Of a DNA stretch of 64,000 nt, positions 15,384 to 23,727 are shown in pieces. Source of the stretch: Burkholderiales bacterium (GTDB lineage: Bacteria; Pseudomonadota; Gammaproteobacteria; Burkholderiales; Burkholderiaceae_C); assembly GCA_030604135.1 (NCBI GenBank), contig JAUVWL010000007.1:92279-156278 (forward strand), in the 5' to 3' direction. The notes below the pieces were generated by a model that made no database searches, was not told where the DNA came from, and saw only the letters and a list, made by a program, of their open reading frames with translations. How positions within the stretch are numbered: the first letter of the stretch is position 1; each line of letters begins with the position of its first letter. Made by a program: the position numbers and the translations under genes.

Positions 15384-17015
15384 ATGAACCACAGAATCCG
15401 AGGCCTGTACCTACCAGACGGCACTTTGCACCGCTTTGCCGAGGGCAAGGCGACCAAAGGACTGACCGAACACATCGCCAGTCGAGACCGTTCGACCGAC
15501 TTCCAGGCGTTGGGGATGTACCTTCCCAACCCGGATCCGGTGCTCAAGAAGATGGGCAAGGACACGGCGGTCTATCGAGACCTCAGGAGTGATGCCCACG
15601 TCGGAGGCTCGGTGCGCCGACGCAAGGCGGCGGTCAAAGCGATGGAGTGGCGCATCGTGGACTCTGTAACCGGTCAAACTGGCACCAGGCCCAGCCAGAA
15701 GGCCAGCCCTCGAGCCATGCTTCTGGCCCAGGATGCCCTGGCCGATCTCGACCTGGATGCACTACTTTCGGAGATGCTGGACGCGCCACTGCTTGGGTGG
15801 GTACCCATGGAGGTGATGTGGCAGCGCATGCCTTGGGCTGGCGGTGCGCTGCTGCCGGCCCAGGTGCTGGCCAAGCCGCACGAGTGGTTCCATTTCACAC
15901 CTGAAGGTGAGCTGCGCTTCAGGTCGAGAGACCAACCGATGTACGGCGAAGCTCTGCAGCCGCGCAAGTTCCTGGTGCCGCGCCAGGATGCCAGCTACGC
16001 CAATCCGTATGGTTTCGCAGATCTGTCCATGTGTTTCTGGCCCACCACGTTCAAACGTGGGGGACTGAAGTTCTGGGTCACCTTCGCCGAGAAGTACGGC
16101 ACCCCCTGGGTGGTCGGAAAGCAGCCGCGCAGCGCAGGTAAGACCGAGACTGACGCCTTGCTGGACCAGCTCGAAGCCATGGTCCAGGACGCGGTGGCCG
16201 TCGTGCCGGACGATTCGAGCGTGGACATCATGGAGAGTGGCGGCAAAAGCGACTCAGCCGGGGCGTACAAGGAACTGCTCATGTTCTGCCGATCGGAGGT
16301 CTCCATTGCCCTGCTCGGTCAGAACCAGTCCACGGAGGCCAGCAGCACCCACGCCAGCGCGGTGGCTGGCCTGCAGGTGACCCAGGACCTGCGAGACGGC
16401 GATGCCAGGTTGATCGAAGCCGCGATCAACAGACTGTTGCGGTGGGTCACCGATCTCAATGAAAGCGAGGCGGCCCCGTCACCGCGTTTTGAGTTGTACG
16501 AGCAGACTGAAATCAGCGAGACCCAGGCCAAGCGCGACGAGGCCATGCACCGTGCAGGAGCAACTTTCAGCCCAGCCTACTGGATGCGTGCCTACGGATT
16601 GCAGGAGGGCGACCTGGTGCAGACGGCGGTCAATCCGACCGAGTCCCCCGGAACAAACCCACCCAGGCGAACCGAGGGCAGCGATGCCCCACCTGAGGGT
16701 GATTCTGGAACGCCCGACTACGCGGACCATTTTGCTGATCCGCGCAAGATGGTGCAGCGCGACGCGATTGATGACTTGGTCGACCAGGAGCTGCAGGGTT
16801 GGCAAGACGCTATCAGCCCACTGATCAACCCGGTGCAGGACCTGCTGGATGAAGCGGTGACCAAGGGATGGACTGCAGCAGAGCTCATCGAGCGACTACC
16901 TGCCCTGGCCGCCCAGATGGATCCGTCAGCCCTGGCCGAGCAGCTGGCACGCACATCCATGTTGGCGCGATTGGGCGCAGGTGCTGGGATCCCAACCGAC
17001 GACACGCAAGGCTGA
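15384..17015 (+). CDS. portal protein, DUF935 / Mu gp29-like (543 aa)
   Basis: Size, and position between terminase and MuF. Sequence resembles DUF935 portals. Confidence 0.85.
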   Translation: MNHRIRGLYLPDGTLHRFAEGKATKGLTEHIASRDRSTDFQALGMYLPNPDPVLKKMGKDTAVYRDLRSDAHVGGSVRRRKAAVKAMEWRIVDSVTGQTGTRPSQKASPRAMLLAQDALADLDLDALLSEMLDAPLLGWVPMEVMWQRMPWAGGALLPAQVLAKPHEWFHFTPEGELRFRSRDQPMYGEALQPRKFLVPRQDASYANPYGFADLSMCFWPTTFKRGGLKFWVTFAEKYGTPWVVGKQPRSAGKTETDALLDQLEAMVQDAVAVVPDDSSVDIMESGGKSDSAGAYKELLMFCRSEVSIALLGQNQSTEASSTHASAVAGLQVTQDLRDGDARLIEAAINRLLRWVTDLNESEAAPSPRFELYEQTEISETQAKRDEAMHRAGATFSPAYWMRAYGLQEGDLVQTAVNPTESPGTNPPRRTEGSDAPPEGDSGTPDYADHFADPRKMVQRDAIDDLVDQELQGWQDAISPLINPVQDLLDEAVTKGWTAAELIERLPALAAQMDPSALAEQLARTSMLARLGAGAGIPTDDTQG

Positions 17016-17021
17016 CCGTCG

Positions 17022-18284
17022 ATGGCCACCGCAGCCCAGGCGTTCGCGGCATTGCGCCGTCTCACACCACGGGAGGCGGTGGATTACCTGCGCGCCCGGG
17101 ATCGGCTAACCACCACCTACAGCTGGTCGGAGCTGTGGCAGGAAGAACACGCGCGCCAGTTCACGATCTCCCGCCTGGCCAGTGCCGACCTGCTTGCCGA
17201 CATGCAGCGCCTGATCACCGAGAGCGTTCAGGGCGATCTGAGCCGCAGCGACTACCTGCGCGATGCGCGTGCTGCTTTGACCAGGGCAGGTTGGTGGGGC
17301 GAGCGAGAAGTGTTGGACCCCGCCACCGGTGAACTGGTCAGAACCCGCTTCGACCCGCCCCGCCTCAAACTCATCTACGACACCAACACCCGCCAGGCCT
17401 ATGCAGCCGGACAGTGGGAGCGCGTGCAAGCCACGAAGAAGACGCATCCTTACCTGCGCTACGTGACCATGGACGATGACAGGGTGCGCCCGGCGCATCG
17501 CGCCTGGCACAACGTCACGCTGCCGGTCGATGACCCGTTCTGGACAACGCACTTCCCTCCGAATGGATGGCGTTGCCGTTGTCGCGTGGTGCCGGTGAGT
17601 CGCCGGGACTTCGAGCGCGGCGCGACGCCCACCGGGGCGACCATGGTCAAGACCGCGCCTGAGGTGGTCATGCGCGACTGGCTTGACCGGGCCGCGGGCA
17701 AAGTGCGCAGCGTCCCTGCAGGCATTGACCCCGGCTTCGGGTACAACCCGGGCCGCGCTGGTCGCAAGCTGCTGGAGCTGCAGGAGACGGTGGATCGCAA
17801 GGCGGCAGCCATGCCTTCGGGGCTGGCATCCGGACTTGCCGATCGGCTGCCGGGTGCCATGCAGCTGGCTGCGATGGACTACGCCATCACGGCCTGGGCC
17901 GACAGGGCGACCAAGCAAAAGCCGTTTGCCTTCGGAAAGGTGCTGCCGGAGACGGCCGCCAGGGCTGGGGCATTGGGCGTGAGCATCGCCGGCAAGTCCA
18001 TCGGACTGGTGCATGACGAAATCATCCACGCGATCAGGAGCCACTCGAGCGATGCAGAGACCCTGCGCGGCCAGATTCCAGCGACAGCCTACGACTTCGG
18101 GATGTTTGACCGACTGCTGGGTATCGCCCAATTCAAGCCGGGCGATCCGCCCGTTGGAAGAGACGGCACCCCTCGCCTGATCGCCGTGGCCATAGACGCC
18201 GGGATCGTGTACGAGATGGTGGTGAAGGTGCGCCGCTCGGATGTGGTCCTGTTGACCATGTACAAGCGCAAGGTGAGGGGCTGA
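17022..18284 (+). CDS. MuF-like head morphogenesis protein with extra C-terminal domain (420 aa)
   Basis: Phage_Mu_F signature RPAHRAWHNVTLPVDDPFWTTHFPPNGWRCRCRV. About 150 additional C-terminal residues. Confidence 0.85.
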   Translation: MATAAQAFAALRRLTPREAVDYLRARDRLTTTYSWSELWQEEHARQFTISRLASADLLADMQRLITESVQGDLSRSDYLRDARAALTRAGWWGEREVLDPATGELVRTRFDPPRLKLIYDTNTRQAYAAGQWERVQATKKTHPYLRYVTMDDDRVRPAHRAWHNVTLPVDDPFWTTHFPPNGWRCRCRVVPVSRRDFERGATPTGATMVKTAPEVVMRDWLDRAAGKVRSVPAGIDPGFGYNPGRAGRKLLELQETVDRKAAAMPSGLASGLADRLPGAMQLAAMDYAITAWADRATKQKPFAFGKVLPETAARAGALGVSIAGKSIGLVHDEIIHAIRSHSSDAETLRGQIPATAYDFGMFDRLLGIAQFKPGDPPVGRDGTPRLIAVAIDAGIVYEMVVKVRRSDVVLLTMYKRKVRG

Positions 18285-18393
18285 GGATGCTGGCCTGCCG
18301 CATGAACCGCATTGCTGCGTTCCTTGGGCACAACGTCCGAAACGTCGGCCAGCGATTCGATTTTAGGGTGTGCCGGCATGTAGGGCAAACACC

Positions 18394-18843
18394 ATGATCG
18401 AGATCCAGACGAACACCGAGGCCTTCGACCAGGCGCTGCAGCAGCTGCAGCGGCGCCTGAAGAACCTCAGGCCGGTCATGCAGTCCGTGGGCTCGGAGCT
18501 TGAGAGCCGCATTGCCAACCGGTTCGAGACGCGCAGCGACCCTGATGGCAAAGCCTGGCAGGCCTGGTCTCCTTCATACCTGGCCAACTACCCCAAGGAC
18601 GGGCGCGGCAAGCTCCTGCAGCGCACCGGCGACCTGATCAGCAGCCTGAACTGGCAGGCGACCGATACGAGCGTGCGCGTCGGCTTCGGTCAGATCTACG
18701 GCACCTATCACGAGTTCGGCACTGAGCGCATGCCCCGCCGAGGACTGCTCTATTCCGATCCGGAACAAGGGCAGTTGGGCGCCGAAGACGAGGCCGCCAT
18801 CGACGAGCTGCTGCAGGATTGGATCGACGGGATTTTTGACTGA
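18394..18843 (+). CDS. Mu G-like virion morphogenesis protein (149 aa)
   Basis: Pattern …IANRFETRSDPDGKAWQAWSPSY…LQRTGDL…YGTYHEFGT. Confidence 0.8.
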   Translation: MIEIQTNTEAFDQALQQLQRRLKNLRPVMQSVGSELESRIANRFETRSDPDGKAWQAWSPSYLANYPKDGRGKLLQRTGDLISSLNWQATDTSVRVGFGQIYGTYHEFGTERMPRRGLLYSDPEQGQLGAEDEAAIDELLQDWIDGIFD

Positions 18844-18914
18844 CCCGAAATCCGGCCCTGTGAGGCGTTTTTTGGGCTTGGTGCGGCGCTGGTATGTCCT
18901 GGCCCGCTGACCCA

Positions 18915-18934
18915 CGTCATGACGCGTCATGACG
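18915..18934. repeat. two abutting perfect 10-bp palindromes, CGTCATGACG CGTCATGACG
   Basis: Read directly from the sequence. Lies about 30 bp upstream of late-leader copy 2. Confidence 0.9.
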
Positions 18935-18961
18935 CGGTTTCTGAGGCTCTATCCCCCGCAA

Positions 18962-19017
18962 AGACTGTCCCCGTTCCAAATACTTCCACGCGCGAGGGCC
19001 CGAACATGCCCTCCATG
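18962..19017 (+). promoter_or_regulatory. late-operon leader element, copy 2 (before the protease/scaffold gene)
   Basis: GACTGTCCCCGTTCCAAATAC…CGCGCG plus hairpin GAGGGC-N8-GCCCTC, then C and ATG 19015. Confidence 0.55.
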
Positions 19018-20103
19018 CGTCGAATCCACATCTTCAAGGCCGGCCGACAGACCGCAATGAGCGGCCAGACGATCGACTTCACCGAAGCCGACATGGCGGC
19101 CACAGCAGCCGCCTACGACCCGGTCAAGCACGAAGCCCCCATCGTGGTTGGCCACCCGGCCATAGATGACCCGGCCTACGGCTGGACGCGATCGCTGGCT
19201 GCACAAGGCTCAGATCTGTTTGCCGAGCCGCACCAGGTCAACCCCGAGTTCTCCGAGCAGGTCAAGGCCGGCGCCTACAAAAAGGTCTCAGCCAGCTTCT
19301 ACCCGCCCACGCACCCAAACAACCCGGTGCCTGGCGTGTACTACCTGCGTCACATCGGCTTCCTGGGCGCCCAGCCGCCCGCCGTCAAGGGCCTGAAGGC
19401 CACCGAGTTCGCCGAAGAGGCCGACTGCATCGAGCTGCAGCTGGACTTCAGCGAAGAGCCAACCGCACAACCCGCCGCAGCAGACCCCGAGTCTTCGAGC
19501 CTGCCTCCTGAGAACACCCACACGCCGGGTGCAGGTGGCAGTCCCGAGGGTTCGACACCACCACCCTCGCCATCCTCACAGGAGAGCAACACCGTGACCC
19601 CTGAAGAAAAAGCCGCGCTCCAAGCGCTGAACGCCCAGCTCAAGGCCGCCCTTGACGCTGCCAACAGCCGTCTGCGCGAGAGTGCCCAGGCAGCCAAGAC
19701 CGCCGAGCACGCAGCCTTTGCCGATGCACTGGTGGCCGAAACCCGCCTGCCGGGCGATTGCAAGGACCTGGTCGTGGCCATGCTCAACCACCTGGAGCCG
19801 GCGGTGATTGCCGGTGAACAGATCAGCAACGTCCAGTTCGGCGAGGGTGAAGCGGCCAAGCCCATGGGCGAGGTGTTCAAGGCCTTCCTGCAGGGGCTGC
19901 CCAAACGGGTCGAGTTTGGCGAACAGGCCAGCCGCGAGCGCGCCGCCCAACGCCAAGGCGACGGCCAGGCCGTGCAGTACGCCGAGGGCACCTCGCCCGA
20001 GGCGATCGAGCTGGACAAGAAGATCCGCGCCTACGCCGTCGAGCACAAGCTCACCTACGGCGAGGCGGCCCTGGCCGTGGCAACGCTTCCCGCGCAGGTC
20101 TGA
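19015..20103 (+). CDS. Mu I-like head protease/scaffold (362 aa; alternative ATG 19006)
   Basis: N-terminus RRIHIFKAGRQTAMSGQTIDFTEADM…IVVGHP is typical of Mu-like prophage I proteins. C-terminal Ala/Glu-rich scaffold-like part. Confidence 0.8.
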   Translation: MRRIHIFKAGRQTAMSGQTIDFTEADMAATAAAYDPVKHEAPIVVGHPAIDDPAYGWTRSLAAQGSDLFAEPHQVNPEFSEQVKAGAYKKVSASFYPPTHPNNPVPGVYYLRHIGFLGAQPPAVKGLKATEFAEEADCIELQLDFSEEPTAQPAAADPESSSLPPENTHTPGAGGSPEGSTPPPSPSSQESNTVTPEEKAALQALNAQLKAALDAANSRLRESAQAAKTAEHAAFADALVAETRLPGDCKDLVVAMLNHLEPAVIAGEQISNVQFGEGEAAKPMGEVFKAFLQGLPKRVEFGEQASRERAAQRQGDGQAVQYAEGTSPEAIELDKKIRAYAVEHKLTYGEAALAVATLPAQV

Positions 20104-20142
20104 TCCCCAACCGCAACCCCCACCACCAGGAGCACATCCACC

Positions 20143-21096
20143 ATGGGACGCCTTTCCAATCTGCGCATCGTCAACCCGGTGCTGACCAACCTGGCCGTCG
20201 GCTACACGAACGAACAGTTCGTCGCCACTGCCCTCATGCCCTACGTGTCGGTCGACAAGGAGGCCGGCCTGGTGCCGATCTTCAACAAGGACCACTTCAA
20301 GGTCTACCAGACCCAGCGTGCCCTGCGCGCCAAGTCCAACCGCGTCGATCCGGGTGATGTCTCCACGGTGCCGTTCGCGCTCACCGAGCACGACCTGGAA
20401 TACCCGATCGACTACCGCGAGGAGTCCGAAAGCGCTTTCCCGCTGGAGCGGCAAGCCACCATGAGCGTGACCGAAGGCATCCGCCTGCGACACGAGAAGA
20501 TGGTGGCCGACCTGGTGCAGAACCCGGCCAGCTACCACACGAGCAACCGGATTGCTCTGTCCGGCGCCGACAGCTTCACCGACCCGGACAGCGACCCCGA
20601 AGGCGTGATCGACGACGCCAAGGCTGCCGTGCGTGCCGACATCGTCAAGGAGCCGAACACCATGGTGATCGGCTACACCATGTGGCGCAGCTTGAAGCGC
20701 CATCCCAAGCTCAAGGCCGTCCTGAGCGACAACCGCCCGCGCCTGGTGCAGCTGGCGGACCTGCGCGAGATCTTCGAAATCCCCAACATCGTGGTCGGCC
20801 GCGCCGTCTATCAGAACGACAGCGGCGCCGTGACCGACATCTGGGGCAACAACGCGGTGCTGGCCTTCGTGCCCGATGCGCCGCAGGCCCCGGTGGTCAA
20901 CGGCATGGCCGGCGATCCGGGCAGCATGCGCAGCATGTACGAGCCCAGCTTCGGCTACACCCTGCGCAAGCGTGGCCAGCCGGTGGTGGACACCCGTACC
21001 GAGGATGGCAAGCTGGAGCTGGTGCGCAACACCGACATCTTCACGCCCTTCCTGCTGGGTGCCGACGCCGGCTATCTGGTGCAGGACGCTGGCTGA
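20143..21096 (+). CDS. major capsid protein (lambda gpE-like family, 317 aa)
   Basis: AGGAG SD, position after the protease/scaffold gene. C-terminus …IFTPFLLGADAGYLVQD resembles the gpE family. Confidence 0.8.
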   Translation: MGRLSNLRIVNPVLTNLAVGYTNEQFVATALMPYVSVDKEAGLVPIFNKDHFKVYQTQRALRAKSNRVDPGDVSTVPFALTEHDLEYPIDYREESESAFPLERQATMSVTEGIRLRHEKMVADLVQNPASYHTSNRIALSGADSFTDPDSDPEGVIDDAKAAVRADIVKEPNTMVIGYTMWRSLKRHPKLKAVLSDNRPRLVQLADLREIFEIPNIVVGRAVYQNDSGAVTDIWGNNAVLAFVPDAPQAPVVNGMAGDPGSMRSMYEPSFGYTLRKRGQPVVDTRTEDGKLELVRNTDIFTPFLLGADAGYLVQDAG

Positions 21097-21108
21097 TAGG
21101 AGCTGCGC

Positions 21109-21378
21109 ATGAGTGCCCCCGCCAAGAAGTCTGCCGCCCGCAAGACCACACCTTCCAGGAAGCCCGTGGCTCCTGTGGTTGTGGTCAAGAGCGAAGCCCA
21201 GGACGCCAGCACCTACCGCGTGCTCGGACGCATCCGCCGCGACGGTCAGGTGCTGCGACCTGCAGACCCGGCCACCGGGCGCGAGGCCGACACCGTGGAG
21301 CTGACCGAGCGCGAGGCCTTTGGCCTGCGTGGCTTTGTCGAACCCGTCGAATCTGCCACCACGCCATCCGAGGAATAA
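21109..21378 (+). CDS. small basic head-associated protein (89 aa)
   Basis: Lys/Arg-rich N-terminus, in-operon position. Function unknown. Confidence 0.5.
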   Translation: MSAPAKKSAARKTTPSRKPVAPVVVVKSEAQDASTYRVLGRIRRDGQVLRPADPATGREADTVELTEREAFGLRGFVEPVESATTPSEE

Positions 21379-21401
21379 CACCCCCCCCGAGAGCGTCGAC
21401 C

Positions 21402-21430
21402 CCCCACCAGGCCATGAGTGCCTGGTGGGG
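21402..21430 (+). terminator. 11-bp-stem hairpin after the capsid genes (possible partial terminator)
   Basis: CCCCACCAGGC-CATGAGT-GCCTGGTGGGG. The following T-tract is weak (TTGAGG … ATTTTTT 25 nt later). Confidence 0.4.
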
Positions 21431-21472
21431 TTGAGGCAGTGAAAGCCCCCATTTTTTGACCAGGAGCAATCC

Positions 21473-21799
21473 ATGAAAACCAACGTCATCATCGGCACCA
21501 TCTCCGTGCTGGCCGCCGGCGCCCTGACCAGCAACCGCTTTGTCAACTTCGCTGGCGCCACCCCGGCAGCCGGAGATCCGGTCATCGGCCGCGCCAATGC
21601 CGACTACTCGGCCGGCGAAATGGCCGGTGTGGACACCCACGGCGCGCTGGTGGTCGAGTCCGGTGGCGCCATCGCCCTGGGTGCCCAGGTGCAGACCGAC
21701 GCTTCGGGCCGCGCCATCACCCTTGCAGCTGGAGCTGCTGCAGGCCGTGCCCTGGATGCCGCCACCGGCGCTGGCGAGTTCATCCGCATCCTGCGCTGA
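21473..21799 (+). CDS. DUF2190-like capsid decoration/cement protein (108 aa)
   Basis: AGGAG SD. Gly/Ala-rich beta-type sequence typical of DUF2190. Confidence 0.65.
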   Translation: MKTNVIIGTISVLAAGALTSNRFVNFAGATPAAGDPVIGRANADYSAGEMAGVDTHGALVVESGGAIALGAQVQTDASGRAITLAAGAAAGRALDAATGAGEFIRILR

Positions 21800-21810
21800 C
21801 CTGAGCCTCC

Positions 21811-22317
21811 ATGGCCTACTGCACCGCTGCCGACATTGCAGACACCGCCACCGGTGGCTGGGAGGAGCTGGCGCAGCGCGCGCAGCCCACCGGCGCCGGG
21901 GTCGACGGCGACTTGCTGCAGGCAGCGGTGCAGGGTGACAGCCTGGACGAATGGTCGGCTGAGCAGCAAGCCATGGCGGCCGAGGCTGCCGCGCGCGTGG
22001 AAAGCGCGATCGACATGGCCAGCAAGCACATCGACACCTACCTTTTCCCCCGGTACCGCAGCGTGATGCCGCTGGCACCCGAGGTCGTGCTCGCCTCAAG
22101 CCTGCCGGCCGTGTGCGCAGCGATCGCGCTGCGCCGTCTGTGGGGCGCGAGTCTGCCTGAGGAGCTGCGCCGCGGCACAGCCTGGGCGGACCAGTACCTG
22201 GTGGACGTCTCCAAAGGTGTGGTCAGCCTCGGGCAGCCCGATGTCGGGGTGGCCCAGCCGCCTGGACAGACGGTGGCACGCAGCCCGTCCAAGTCGTTCG
22301 ATTGGGGGGCGTACTGA
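21811..22317 (+). CDS. DUF1320 / Mu gp36-like head-tail connector protein (168 aa)
   Basis: MAYCTAADI… and …KHIDTYLFPRY pattern. Consistent position. Confidence 0.7.
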   Translation: MAYCTAADIADTATGGWEELAQRAQPTGAGVDGDLLQAAVQGDSLDEWSAEQQAMAAEAAARVESAIDMASKHIDTYLFPRYRSVMPLAPEVVLASSLPAVCAAIALRRLWGASLPEELRRGTAWADQYLVDVSKGVVSLGQPDVGVAQPPGQTVARSPSKSFDWGAY

Positions 22318-22799
22318 TGCCCGCGCCCATCACCAGCTTGCTCGTGCTGCAGGACGAGCTGGAAGCGCTGATCAAGACCCGTCTGGCCGACATCCGGCCG
22401 GCGGTGCACGTCCTGACACCTGCCGACCTGGGAAGCGAAGGCGAGGGAGAGAAATCCAATGCCAAGACCCAGCCGGTACCGGCCGTAAACGTCGTGTACC
22501 TAGGGCACAAGTTCAGCTCCAGCGAGCAGCGTCAGCGAAGCGATGGCCGCGCCACCCTGCTGGCGCAGCTCTTCGCTCTGGAGGTGGTCACCCGCAACGT
22601 GCGCAACCTCCGAAGCGGCTCTTCGGCCAGGACGGACGGCGGCGAGCTGGCCCTGCGCGTATTCCAGGCTGTGGTGGGCGAGCGCCTGCCCAGTGCCGCC
22701 TCTCCTGTCAAGTTCGTTCCAGGACCAGGACCGGTATTTCGCAACGGCATGCAGTACCTGCCGCTGATCTGCCAGGTCGATCTGAACATCCTGAAGTAA
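22317..22799 (+). CDS. head-tail joining protein (Mu gp37-like position, 160 aa)
   Basis: The ATG (22317-22319) shares one nucleotide with the upstream TGA stop (22315-22317). In-operon position. Confidence 0.55.
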   Translation: MPAPITSLLVLQDELEALIKTRLADIRPAVHVLTPADLGSEGEGEKSNAKTQPVPAVNVVYLGHKFSSSEQRQRSDGRATLLAQLFALEVVTRNVRNLRSGSSARTDGGELALRVFQAVVGERLPSAASPVKFVPGPGPVFRNGMQYLPLICQVDLNILK

Positions 22800-22847
22800 C
22801 CCCCCCTAAGCAAATCGCTTTCATCCACTGCAACACAGGAGCCCACC

Positions 22848-23651
22848 ATGCTCAGCACCCGAGTTTTCCGCCCCACCATGATGGCCGGCGTCGTCTATGC
22901 CCGTGAACTGGGCTCCCTGCAGCCGATGCAACCCATCGGCGGCGTTGAAGAACTCACCGTCGGCATCGACGAGCAGAAGATCACCCAAAGCAACACCGAG
23001 TCCAGCGGTGGTGGTAACCGGGCGGTGGTCTACCGCATCAACGAGATGACCTTGGCGGCCAAGCTGCAGGACCTCAACCCGGTCAACCTGGCCCGCTCCC
23101 TGCGCGCCCGCCACGAGGAAATTGCCGCCAGCACGGTCACCGACGAGGAAGCGGTCGCACGCGCCGGGGGCCTCACGCGCCTGGAGCATCTGAACCCCTC
23201 GACTGTGGTGGTGCGCAATGCGGACACATCCACCGCGATCGCCGCCGCTGGCAACTTCGAGGTGCGCCCCGAGGGCTTGTTCTGGTTCGACGATTCGACT
23301 GCACTTGCGGCAGCGAGAACGGCCTTCGAAACCGCTAACCCCGGCCAGGACTTCCCTGGCCTGGACATCGAGGTCGACTATGCGCACAGCGGCTACGACC
23401 TGCTGGAGGTGCTGGCCGCTGCCACTCCCATCCTGGAGATGGTGTTCTCTGGCGTCAACGAGGCCCAGGAGGACGCCCCCAGCGTGGTGGACTTCTGGCG
23501 CGTGCAGCTCTCGGCCACCCAGGGCCTGAACCTCATCAGCGCGGGCACCTTTGCCACGCTGGACATCGAGGGCGAGGTGTTGCGCGACCCGACCAAGACC
23601 GGAGCCGGCATCTCGAAATACATGCGCAAGCAGATGCTCACGCCGGCCTGA
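22848..23651 (+). CDS. major tail (tube) protein (267 aa)
   Basis: AGGAG SD, immediately upstream of the tape measure gene, followed by a strong hairpin plus T-tract. Confidence 0.6.
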   Translation: MLSTRVFRPTMMAGVVYARELGSLQPMQPIGGVEELTVGIDEQKITQSNTESSGGGNRAVVYRINEMTLAAKLQDLNPVNLARSLRARHEEIAASTVTDEEAVARAGGLTRLEHLNPSTVVVRNADTSTAIAAAGNFEVRPEGLFWFDDSTALAAARTAFETANPGQDFPGLDIEVDYAHSGYDLLEVLAAATPILEMVFSGVNEAQEDAPSVVDFWRVQLSATQGLNLISAGTFATLDIEGEVLRDPTKTGAGISKYMRKQMLTPA

Positions 23652-23677
23652 TGTCCGGCCAGGCCTGAATCAGCACG

Positions 23678-23701
23678 ACAGCGCCTGCGGGCGCTGTTTT
23701 T
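23678..23701 (+). terminator. rho-independent terminator after the tail tube gene
   Basis: ACAGCGCC-TGCG-GGCGCTGT followed by TTTTT. Confidence 0.7.
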
Positions 23702-23727
23702 CCATCTGAACCATTGGAGCCAGCACC

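Noticed and set aside
18844-19005. Anti-CRISPR/aca genes in the G-I gap, as in Pseudomonas Mu-like phages
   Set aside because: - No ORF longer than about 12 codons exists in any frame.
- The track ORF 18919-20103 merely extends the I-like gene upstream through the leader element.
21381-21388. C8 homopolymer just after the 21109-21378 stop, as a possible phase-variation tract
   Set aside because: - It is intergenic and does not separate a promoter's -35 and -10 or lie within a coding frame.
- It directly precedes a hairpin and is more likely part of a transcript-end structure.
19576-21597. Other long antisense or overlapping ORFs: 19576-21597(-), 23851-25611(-), 13795-14766(-), 43580-45274(+), 47072-49045(-), 47017-48540(-), 55314-56468(-), 57029-58543(-), 61901-63082(-), 53116-54189(+)
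   Set aside because: - All overlap genes with strong family signatures on the other strand or in another frame.
- All have low-complexity Arg/Gly/Pro-rich translations.
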